In this document: one piece after another, positions 19,480-29,400 of the stretch
How positions within the stretch are numbered: position 1 is the stretch's first letter
Layout: each line of letters starts with the position of its first letter
NCBI GenBank assembly: GCA_012862495.1
Contig: BLSG01000137.1
Span: 75,794 to 111,789, forward strand
DNA: 35,996 bases
From: Thraustochytrium aureum
Taxonomy: Eukaryota
Direction: 5' to 3'
Notes under the pieces: generated by a model
Database searches by the model: none
Told to the model about the DNA's origin: nothing
What the model saw: only the letters and a program-made list of their open reading frames with translations
Program-made: the position numbers and the translations under genes

Positions 19480-19965
19480 TCAGGAGATGCTCAGCGTATA
19501 GCCTACCTGACGAAAGACGTGGGCTAGGAAAACAGCGATGATGCCTACTGCTGCCAGCAAAAATACCCACTCCGAGTCTATCCCACTTCTCCCAAGTACT
19601 GTCAGGGCCACGATGCCAACGAAGCTCGCAACTGAAAAGCCATAGAACGTGTAGGCTGCTGCAAGCATCGCATGACTGCGGCACTTCTTCCTCACCTGAA
19701 TCGTGGTCGCCTGGTCGCCTCGGGCTATTTCGCCGCCTCGCGCTCTGCGGCCTGCCCCAGCCTCGAGGTCCTCTGCGGGCTCGAGCTGCCTCGATGCTTT
19801 GCTGACTTCATAGCGTGGTGGCCTCGTCATGGTTTCAAAGGCGAGCTCGAGGTCGGAGGCATCCCTTGCTTCCCGAGCAAGCTTTATCGAATCAAACAGC
19901 GCTGCCGCTTCGAGGGCTTGCAGTTCGTCCGCTGCAGCTTTGTTCTCAATTCCGGGACCAAACAT
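19480..19965 (-). CDS. Hypothetical membrane protein (161 aa) with two C-terminal TM helices
   Basis: ATG at 19965 (MFGPGIENK...). A charged N-terminal part is followed by hydrophobic segments AAAYTFYGFSVASFVGIVALTVLG and WVFLLAAVGIIAVFLAHVF. Confidence 0.6.
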   Translation of the reverse strand: MFGPGIENKAAADELQALEAAALFDSIKLAREARDASDLELAFETMTRPPRYEVSKASRQLEPAEDLEAGAGRRARGGEIARGDQATTIQVRKKCRSHAMLAAAYTFYGFSVASFVGIVALTVLGRSGIDSEWVFLLAAVGIIAVFLAHVFRQVGYTLSIS

Positions 19966-20580
19966 CCTGCCACCACTCGACCAGTCTGTTGCTGTCGCCA
20001 GGCGCCTTGCACAGCCGTCCGCCTCCTCGCCAACTTGAGATAGAATGGGCTTTGCCAAACCACATTCGTGCGTCACTCGATCTGGCGGGTTTGTCAGCGC
20101 AAAAGGTGTCAGCGCGCGCAATGAACCTTGCAGAGTGCTCGATTCATCGATCGACCGATCGGATCAACGATCGACCGGCCACCTCGCGGCCTTTCGAGCG
20201 AGCGAGCCGTCTTTGGCAGCAAGCAGAAGCGCAGCGCGAGCTCCGGAGCCCGCCGACCGAGCAGGCGGCCGGCCCCACATCGCCCAAAAAAGCAACCTCG
20301 ACCTTGCCGAACGTGTATTGAAAACCAGTACCGGCCAGGCAAAAAAGCAAACGAGCGTGGCAACACAAGTTACACTGCCAGTGGCAGCCGAACAACAACA
20401 TGGAGTGGCATGGAGCAAGGAGGATCCGACGGACCATCTCTGGCCGCCGCACCGCGTGGCATGGAGTCGCGCCCTCGAGAGAGAGAGCGCTTGCTTCGCT
20501 CACCGAACGTCCCGCGCCCTCGTCACTCACCCCCCACGCACGTCACACCGAAGACACGAGCGACCACGGTGTGCACTCTC

Positions 20581-21295
20581 ATGGACTTGAAATCGACCAA
20601 GAAGCGGTGGTAGAGTACGATCGAGCGCTCGAGGCGCGGGCGGCGCGGCAGCAGACGCTGGATAAACAAACACCAGCGACGCATCGGCGCCAGAAGAAGA
20701 AGAAGAAGACGAAGAGCTGCTTTGCGTTGGCGATGGCGTGGATGTGGCTGGTGCGGTGCTGGCCTGCGTCAGGCGAGCCCACGACGACGACAACGACGAC
20801 GACGACGACGACGAGGTCAATATGGTCGACGAGAAGGTCGACGAGGACAAGGACGCTCAAGACGTCCCGCCAGAATGCCGCCGATGATGATGTGGACGAC
20901 AAGAGGTCCTGTGAAGATGATAACGATGGGCAGAGCGGAGCCGAGAGCGACGAGGAGGTTGTCGCGGCGCCGCTGACGCAGGCCAGAGGTGGCGCCGGAC
21001 GCGGGGTGAGAGCGCCGCGGGCATGGCTGAAGAAACAGCAGGAGCGCCTGAAAGGGAAACTCGGCAGGAGACGGCGGCGGAGGAGGCAACGTGGCAGGAC
21101 TGACTTGAGCAGCCTGCTCGAGGGCGAGGAGGATACTGTGGAAGATAAACAGGCCATGCTTTTGGTGTCGCGCGATAGTTTCACGGGCCTGCATGCGCGG
21201 GCAAGCTTGGCGGGGAGCTTGAGCGGCAGCGTCGGCGGCGCGAGCATCGGGCGCGGGCATGAGCTGCTGGCAGAACGGTGCGTGTCATCGGGACA
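20581..21295 (+). CDS. Acidic/basic low-complexity N-terminal region, probably the 5' part of the WD40 gene (several frame breaks)
   Basis: ATG at 20581. Protein-like runs EIDQEAVVEYDRALEARAARQQ, poly-E/poly-D ((GAA)n 20692-20706, (GAC)n ~20783-20812) and WLKKQQERLKGKLGRRRRRRR fall in alternating frames and run into gap 21296-21497. Confidence 0.45.
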
Positions 21296-21499
21296 NNNNN
21301 NNNNNNNNNNNNNNNNNNNNNNNNNNNNNNNNNNNNNNNNNNNNNNNNNNNNNNNNNNNNNNNNNNNNNNNNNNNNNNNNNNNNNNNNNNNNNNNNNNNN
21401 NNNNNNNNNNNNNNNNNNNNNNNNNNNNNNNNNNNNNNNNNNNNNNNNNNNNNNNNNNNNNNNNNNNNNNNNNNNNNNNNNNNNNNNNNNNNNNNNNGG

Positions 21500-23775
21500 A
21501 TAAAGGATATCCATTGGGTCACAGAGAGCCTGCAGGGTCTCCACGGCGCAGCGCCTGGCCGCCGATATTGAAGAGCACTACCTCATCGAGCGCCCCGAAG
21601 ACAATGCGGCACGAGCCGTCGCCGGGGTGCTCTGCAAGGCCCAGGGCGCTCTAAACGCGGACGCGCGAGAGCTGTTCGCTCAGCTTCTCGCGCGCTGCGA
21701 GCCCTCACTCGGGGCCGAGCTCGGCGGAGAGGGCCCCGACCAGCCTTGGCTCAGGCCCTCCGCCCCTTTGTTGGCAACCGCCACAGACCCGCATGGCCCC
21801 GTTCTGCACCTTGGCCGGGAACGACACGGCTGACGCCATTGCCGCGCTGGACGACTCGACTGTAGCGGCCGTCTCGCAGAGCAAAGGCACGGTGACGGTG
21901 TGGCACCAGATGGAAGGCGCCGCAACGTCCAGACTCTACTTGCGGCCCGGCGTCGCTGCGGCGAGTGCCTCTGGCACCGCCTCGCGAGATGGCGGTCACC
22001 TTCTCGCGTTCGGGCGCTCGCTTGGGTCGGAGGGCAGCACGATCGACGTGTACGACTTGCGCAAGGCCGACCTGGCACAGCGGGCAGTGCCGGTCGCGAC
22101 CTTCAAGGTTGGGCATCTCGCGGAGGGCCTCATCGCAGTCGGCAACAACACGCTGGCCTTCCTCGAGTCCGCCTCCCCGCGCAGCCTCCAAGTAGACGAC
22201 TTTGACGGCGGCCTACTGCTGCAGCTCGAAGGCCACGCGGACGACATCTCGTGCGTGGGTGTCTCGCCAGACGGGTCGACGGTGGCAAGTGGCGACCGAT
22301 CTGGCGGCGTCATCCTGTGGCAATCGCGGTCGGGCCGCCGCTCCGCCGGGTTCACGCGTAAAGGCCACAGCGGACCCGTCACGCGGATTGTCGTTCCTGC
22401 TGCAGAGCTGGCGGTTTCAGGAGGCCAAGACGGGACTGTCCGTATCTGGCCCGCCTCGCCTCGCCCCAACGCCGCGCCGCGCGCGCTTCTTGGCCTCTCT
22501 GCGGCGGTGACAGCGCTGTCTTGCGCCTCGAGCGGCGAGCGGATCGTCGCTGGGGACGCAGACTGCACGGTGTGCCTCTGGCACAAGGGCGAGCTACTCT
22601 GGGTCGCAGGCCCGCGATATCCGAGCTTGGAGCCTCGATCCCTTGTGCTGTGTGGGGGCCGACTCGTTTCGACCATCCGTGGCGCGACCGGCATTGCCGC
22701 CTGGGACGTCGCGCTGTGCGTCGCAGGCGTTGGCTCGCAAGCAGACCACAACCTGTGGGGGCCCCGCAGAGACCAGCACAGCGCCGCGTGCTGGGTTCTG
22801 TGCGTGCACGACTCCCGCGTCATTACCGGGTCGGAGGACGGGACCGCAAAGGTTTGGGACACTCGGCGCGGCGCGCTGATCGCGACGCTCGAGTCGGGCT
22901 CGGGAGAGCCGGTTGATGTGGGCCTTTTCGCAGACGCTACCACAGTGCTCACAGGTTCCCGTGACCGAGCTGTCCGCGCCTGGGGCTTGCGATCATCGCG
23001 CGCGCAACTGCTCTACGAACGACGCTTCAAGGCGGTTGTCGCCTTGGATGCCGACGTGGACGGCGACCACGGTTGTCCAGCCGCAGGTCTTGTGTGCGCG
23101 GCTGCGCTCGGCGAGCCTGTGCACGTGTGGAAGTCGGAGAACGGCAAGGAAGTGCTCAAGCTAGGCCAGTACGCAGAGGCAGCGGCTGCGTCGCTCTCTG
23201 GCCACCACGTCGCCGTCGCCTCGAGGTCCACGGTCGCACTGCACTCGATCAGGACTGGGGAGCTCGTGCATTCGATCGACATGGCTCTGGAATGCAGCAT
23301 CGAGTCGATCAAGTGCCTGTGCCTGCGCCGGCGACGTTCTTGTGGCTGCCGCTCGGATGGGCTCTGCGGCTGTGGTGAGTGTTCAAGGTGTAGTGGCCTC
23401 CAAAAGCGAGCCCAGGCACGCCGTGTTGCACCTTTGGCGGGGCCGCGACGAGCTCGTGGACGCTGTCCGACTCGGGCCCGGTCCTGTCGCTGTCGTCGAC
23501 TGGAAGTCGCATTCGACCGCTGCGGGGCCCGTCTCGGACGGCGAATGGGTCGAAATCCACATGGGTCGGCGCGACGCGCGGTTGGCCGGGGTNNNNNNNN
23601 NNNNNNNNNNNNNNNNNNNNNNNNNNNNNNNNNNNNNNNNNNNNNNNNNNNNNNNNNNNNNNNNNNNNNNNNNNNNNNNNNNNNNNNNNNNNNNNNNNNN
23701 NNNNNNNNNNNNNNAGGACACTTTGGTTGTCACTGCAAGCAGTGCTTTGTGCATATTCTGCAGTGCGAGCTGTGA
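21500..23775 (+). CDS. WD40-repeat protein with NWD1/TEP1-like helical segment before the propellers (frame breaks near 21553, 21800 and 23327; gap 23593-23714; 3' end approximate)
   Basis: WD repeats LEGHADDISCVGVSPDGSTVASGDRSGGVILW, KGHSGPVTRI...VSGGQDGTVRIW, VITGSEDGTAKVWD and LTGSRDRAVRAW, preceded by KDIHWV...LNADARELFAQLLARC...PWLRPSAPLL. Confidence 0.75.
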
Positions 23776-23958
23776 TGCGCTGCGCGTCCCTACCCGTGGC
23801 CAACCGCTACGGGAGTCTCTAGCTCTACTAGAGAGGCGGAGGGGAAAGGGGGCGTTTTCGCTGTGTGTTTTGTTGAAAATAGAATTGGATTCATCCCTGG
23901 TCGTTCTGCGTCTCCTTCACATGCCAAACCGAGGCGTGTGCCAACGCGAGGCGCGAGC

Positions 23959-25506
23959 TCACTGGATCTGCAGGGCCATGTACTTGAGCTCGGTGTAGTC
24001 CTCTAGGCCGTATTTGGAGCCCTCGCGCCCCAGGCCAGATTGCTTGATTCCGCCAAAGGGAGCCACTTCTGTCGAAATGATCCCCGTATTGCAGCCGACC
24101 ATGCCCGCTTCCAGGCCCTGGGCGACGCGAAAGCAGCGCTTGAGGTCCGAGCTGAAAAAGTAGGCCGCCAAGCCGGCCTCTGTGTCGTTGGCGCGATCCA
24201 AGACTTCGGTCTCAGTGTCAAAAACCTGGAGCGCGATAATCGGCCCAAATATCTCCTGCTGCGCCAGCCGCATGTCTTCGCTGCAGTCGGCAATTACCGT
24301 TGGCAGTACGAACGCGCTTGTGGCGTGCCCAGGGCTCACTTCGCCGCCCGCCAAAACGCGCGCGCCGTTTTGGGTGGCATCCTTGATGAGGCCGATCATA
24401 TTGCTCGCCGCCCGCTCGGAGATGAGCGGGCCGACCTGAACGCCGGGCTCGCTGTAGTGGCCAACCTTGAGCTGGCCGACTCGCTCGGCGAGGCGGCGCG
24501 AGAACGCGTCGTAAACACCGCGCTGCACAAACACCCGGTTTGCGGACACGCACGTCTGGCCGCAGTTACGAAACTTGCACATCACCAGGCCCTCGACGGC
24601 GGCGTCCAAGTCGGCGTCATCAAAGACGATGAACGGGGCGTCGCCGCCAAGCTCCATCGATACCTTCTTCACCGTGTCGACACAGTCCTTCATGAGGATC
24701 TTGCCCACGGTGGTGGACCCGGTAAAGGAGACCTTGCGCACGCGCGGATCGGTGCAGAGCAGCTTGCCGAGCTCCTTGGTACGCGCGTCGGACGTGACGA
24801 CGTTCAGGACGCCGGCAGGGAGACCTGCGCGCTCAAACATTTTGGCGATCGCAAGCGTGCTCATCGGTGTCAGGGACGAGGGCCTGACCACGACCGTGCA
24901 CCCCGCAGCAAGCGCCGGGGCGGCCTTTCGCGCAATCATCGCGTTGGGAAAGTTCCAGGGCGTGATCAGGGCGCAGACGCCGACGGGCTCTCGCCACGTC
25001 AGGACCTTGCGCCCCGGCACGGGCTCGGGGATGACGTCGCCGTACGACCGCTTGGCTTCCTCGGCGAACCACTCAAAGTAGCTCGCGCCGTACATGATCT
25101 CCCCCTTGGCCTCCGCCAGGGGCTTGCCAGACTCGGCCGACAGGATCTCGGCGAGCTCGTCGGCGTGCTCGCGGTGCTGCAAGAACACGTCGCGCAGGAT
25201 CTCGCACCTCTCCTTCCCGGTGGTCTTCCTCCACGACTTGAGGGCTTCATGCGCGACGCCGATGGCATGGGCACATTCCTCCTCGTCCATCTCGGGCAGC
25301 CGAGCGAACTGCTGGCCGGTCCCGGGGTCGACCACCAGGAACGTCTCGCCATTGCCGCTCTTCGACATCCACTTGCCATCCACGTACGCTGCTTGCACCA
25401 GCAGCTGCGACTGCGCCAACCTCTGCGAGCTCAGCAGCCGCCTCGAGCCAGCCGCCATGCTCGCCAGGCCAGCGCCGCGCCAGGCCGCCCTTCTCGTCCA
25501 GTCCAT
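23959..25506 (-). CDS. ALDH5A1: Succinate-semialdehyde dehydrogenase (GabD/ALDH5A1 family), probably mitochondrial
   Basis: GKPLAEAKGEI.YGASYFEWFAEEAKRSYGDVIP, ITPWNFPNAMIARKAAPALAAGC, SFTGSTTVGK, MELGGDAPFIVFDDAD, KFRNCGQTCV (catalytic Cys at 24550-24552), EIFGP and PFGGIKQSGLGREGSKYGLEDY. The Arg/Ser/Ala-rich N-terminus resembles a transit peptide. Confidence 0.95.
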   Translation of the reverse strand: MDWTRRAAWRGAGLASMAAGSRRLLSSQRLAQSQLLVQAAYVDGKWMSKSGNGETFLVVDPGTGQQFARLPEMDEEECAHAIGVAHEALKSWRKTTGKERCEILRDVFLQHREHADELAEILSAESGKPLAEAKGEIMYGASYFEWFAEEAKRSYGDVIPEPVPGRKVLTWREPVGVCALITPWNFPNAMIARKAAPALAAGCTVVVRPSSLTPMSTLAIAKMFERAGLPAGVLNVVTSDARTKELGKLLCTDPRVRKVSFTGSTTVGKILMKDCVDTVKKVSMELGGDAPFIVFDDADLDAAVEGLVMCKFRNCGQTCVSANRVFVQRGVYDAFSRRLAERVGQLKVGHYSEPGVQVGPLISERAASNMIGLIKDATQNGARVLAGGEVSPGHATSAFVLPTVIADCSEDMRLAQQEIFGPIIALQVFDTETEVLDRANDTEAGLAAYFFSSDLKRCFRVAQGLEAGMVGCNTGIISTEVAPFGGIKQSGLGREGSKYGLEDYTELKYMALQIQ

Positions 25507-25939
25507 CGTGCTGTCGGCGCAAGCCACGCAAGCCGCGCGCAAGCCGCGNNNNNNNNNNNNNNNNNNNNNNNNNNNNNNNNNNNNNNNNNNNNNNNNNNNN
25601 NNNNNNNNNNNNNNNNNNNNNNNNNNNNNNNNNNNNNNNNNNNNNNNNNNNNNNNNNNNNNNNNNNNNNNNNNNNNNNNNNNNNNNNNNNNNNNNNNNNN
25701 NNNNNNNNNNNNNNNNNNNNNNNNNNNNNNNNNNNNNNNNNNNNNNNNNNNNNNNNNNNNNNNNNNNNNNNNNNNNNNNNNNNNNNNNNNNNNNNNNNNN
25801 NNNNNNNNNNNNNNNNNNNNNNNNNNNNNNNNNNNNNNNNNNNNNNNNNNNNNNNNNNNNNNNNNNNNNNNNNNNNNNNNNNNNNNNNNNNNNNNNNNNN
25901 NNNNNNNNNNNNNNNNNNNNNNNNNNNNNNNNNNNNNNN

Positions 25940-26396
25940 AGGATGCTCGTTGCCTGGGCCAACTACTTGATCAGCAGGTCGTCATCAGCAAGTTTGTCAC
26001 GGGCGTCTCGCGTCAACACCACAAGCGCAAGGCTGTCACACGTCCCTCCGTCTCCCGTCTTTTACCGGGCGCAGAAATCAACCACATTGCGTCAAACAGC
26101 TGCCGAGGCGGCGGGACTCAAGCGGGCGGCGCTTTCCTGGCTGCTCGTGGACTCCACGACAACAACACGCTGGCTCTCGCCAATCAAGGCCAAGGTCATC
26201 TACGAATTCAAATGTTTTCCTTCAAATCCGTCGGGGCCGCAGCAGCGGCGGCAGCGCCGGCCGCGGCGGTTTCCGGTGGAGTGTGACTGATTGGCGAGTC
26301 CAGCAAACGCATGCCCGCTGGCTGAACCCCGTGCCGGAGCCGAGTCATCGAGTTGTCGGGAGTTTAGTGGGGGAGCTAAGGCTTGGCCTTCTCTGA
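25940..26396 (+). CDS. Possible 3' part of an unknown gene emerging from gap 25549-25939 (frame unresolved)
   Basis: All three + frames have long open stretches (stops at 26286, 26290 and 26396). Protein-like pieces include MLVAWANYL, KAKVIYEFKC and FRWSVTDWRVQQ. No family recognised. Confidence 0.25.
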
Positions 26397-26489
26397 ATCG
26401 CTTTCGTCTGGATCGCCCTCCTCCAAATCGATCTCCTCCGGACTTGCAGCCGAACTCTGGTCCAGATTGACATCCGCTGTTTTGAGCGG

Positions 26490-29400
26490 TTAGGCCTCGT
26501 GGATGCCGCCGAGCTTGCTGTCTGCGAAGGCGCCGCGGAACACCTCGAGCATGTGCTCCGGCGAGTCATAGTCACTCGGAAGGTAGAGGGTCTTCGCGCA
26601 GGTAGTTGCCTTGGGTCTCATGTACGGGCGCATCTGGATAGGCGAAGGCTCTTCAAGCACCTTCTCCACGCGCAACGGAGGGTGGCTGCCTCCTGGCTGC
26701 GAGCCCGGGACACGTTCAATGGCTTGGCCGGCACTGAAAGAACGCCGCGCAGACATGTCGGTGGACTTGTGGAAAGTGATCGTGTTCGTCTCTGGGTCCC
26801 AGGCGGCTACCTGGGCACGACCCTTGACAGTACGAACAAAGTCGCCGCACTTGAACCAGTCCTTCTTCGGCAGCGGGTCCTTGGGCGGCTCCACGTCTGT
26901 GGCCACACCTCCACGCGCACGCACGGACTCGGGGCGCAGCGATCGCAGCGCCTTTGGATCGTACCACCAACCGTTGACACGAACGCGGTTCTCCACTGAA
27001 ACAACCAGGCCCGTATCCCCAGGGCGAAGCGGGCCCTGCGCAGCGTCGGCATACTTTCGAAAGTCGTCGGCGAGCGCGACGCGCTCCCCGACCCGAAAAA
27101 CCTTGTCGTTCTCGTCCTGCAGGCGCACCACGAGTCCCGGAATGCACTCCATCATCGGCGGGTATACCTTGATCTGCGGAAGGCCCGAGAGTGGCACGCG
27201 CGGCTGGGAGGTGACAAAGTTGAGGAACTGCGCACGCTCGCGCATGTTCATCGTCTTCAGTACCTCAACAAGCATCTGTATCGCGGGGCTTTCCTCGTGG
27301 TAGTCGCCCATCGGCACCAAGCAGCCCAAAAGCGGGTCGTCCTCCTTCCACTGGATCTCTTCCTTGCCGCACAACATCCGCCGCAGCTCCGAGTGCGAAA
27401 AGTTGAACAGGAGGGCGTCCTTGCCTTGCGTCCCGAGAACGTCGCGCAGGCCCTCACAAAACGCGTCCGCCTGGCGCTCCACACCATGCCCCAGCCACCA
27501 CAAGAGAACTAGCTCGAGGTACTCTCCGACATTGGCCATCGTAACGCGGCGCGTGGCCCCGTTCGGCACCAGTTCGCTCGCGAGGCTCGATGCGCTGCAC
27601 TCGCGGCGTTTCTCTGCTTCCTCGGCGCGCTCGAGCGCGATACGCGTCCGCGTTTTTTGCGAGCCCTTGATCGCCTTCCAGCGCGCGAGCTTGGGGTGGC
27701 CCGCGGCGGCCAGCGCCTCGTCGATCTGGAACTGCGACTGGCCCGCGCGACTCGCCTGCTCGGCAAACTCGAGCAGCTCCTCCGCCCTGGCGCTCTTCGG
27801 CGGGGCCACTAGAGCGTCGAAGTCGTCGGCCAGGTTCCTCATGATCGCGTTGCTCCCAGCGCTGGGCACGATTCCACCTTGCTGGCGCAGGCCCCCGACG
27901 CCGGAGACGGCCGAGCCGCCGCCCAGGTTCGGGCCAGCGATCGCTGCGCCCCGTCTCGCAGGGCTAGACGAGCGACTTCCGCTGTCCGCACCCTCTTGAA
28001 GCCCGCTGCCTTCCACCAGTGGGGGCTGCGACGGGTCCACAAAGCGCAGGTCGAGCTCGTCGAGGATCGCGCGGATACCTTCGGCGTCGCCGCCCTGGTG
28101 CAACTCGAACAAGCGCCGAACCACACCAAACCCACCGAGTCCCGTGGACCGTGGACCGCCTGCGGAAACGCCAAGGTCGCCGGCTATAGCACCAGCACCG
28201 GCGACGCTCGCTTCGCCTTGCACACCGGAGACTACTCCGCCGAGGTCGGCATCCGCGTCCGCGCCCTCGATCAGCGCAAGAGTCGACACGGGGAGGAGCG
28301 CGTCCAGCGTGCCGCGCTGCCGTTGCTGGATGAGCATGAAAAACTCGGGTGAGAGCGGGATGGGGACGTTCATACCGTCGAGCAGAGCCTTTGCCATCAG
28401 CCTGCCGAGGAACCGGAAGCGCTGCACAACTTTGGCGTTGCGCTCTTCTGCCTGCCGCAGGCCTTCCTCAAGCGCTTCGCTGGCACCAATCTCGCGCGCA
28501 TCGCCCGACCGGCCGTCCTCCTTCCCTTCCGTGACTTCGAGCCGCATCCCGAACGACCTGCGGCTGTGCATCTCCCTTTCCTTGCTCGTCGCGCCAGGCC
28601 TCGTGTTTACGGAGAGCGCGATGCGGCTGTTGTAGCTCCCGGCGTCTCCCTTGACGGCTCCGAGCGGAAGGAGCGGCTGCGGAAACAATCCGCCTGGCGC
28701 GACAACGTGGAGGTCCTCTTCCGCGTAGACGTCCTTCGCGCCACCCTCGCCCTCGCCCTCGCCGTCGCTGGACTTGGCCTTGTCTTCGGGCGGCAAGCTT
28801 GTGTCTGTCTCACCTTGGTCTGTCCTTGGTTCCGCCGCGCCCGCGCCCGAAGGCCCAGAGCCGGCATCCGGCGACACGGGGGCAACCCACAGCGGGATGC
28901 GGGCGTTCTCCTCCACGAGCTGCAGCCGCTCGGCAACGCTAGAGTAAAAGTCGAGCGTGACACCGTCACCTGCACCAGTTTCGTTGATGAATTGCACAAC
29001 GAGCTCTGAGCGCTGGCGCATGTGCTGGCGCATGAGAAGCTCAGCGTCGTGCAATAGCTCTGCGCGATTGACCTTGACCAGGTCCTGGTGGAGCTGTCCA
29101 ATGCAGTGCTCCTGTTCGATGGCCTTCAGCTCGTCCTCTAGACGATCCGAAAGCTCCTGCAGACGCTCATATCGCACCATGTCAGGCACACCGCGGAACA
29201 TTGCTGAGATCTCGAGCGTGACGTGCGCCAGCTGGCGTTTCTTGGCCTTGTAGCCTGTGACCTCGTCTTGGAGCCAAGCCACGGCGCGCGAGACCCCCAG
29301 CGCGGTGCAGCGAAGGTGCGTTTGCCGCACCTTGGTTCGGAATAGGAAGCTGAACTCTCGGGGGAATATGGCCACCCAGCGCGGAAAGCAGCGCGTTGCA

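Noticed and set aside
20139..20176. Cluster of TCGA/GATC palindromes as a specific regulatory element
   Set aside because: It looks like a degenerate (GATC)n microsatellite in an intergenic region, with nothing further to support a function.
23959..25506. Bacterial contamination or recent transfer of gabD
   Set aside because: The gene has a transit-peptide-like N-terminal extension, GC-rich codon usage like its neighbours, and is contiguous with the 3' end of the eukaryotic WD40 gene.
24040..26286. 748-aa plus-strand ORF and other long antisense or overlapping ORFs
   Set aside because: These are shadows of GC-rich coding sequence on the opposite strand (here SSADH) or are inflated by runs of N, and show no recognisable motifs.
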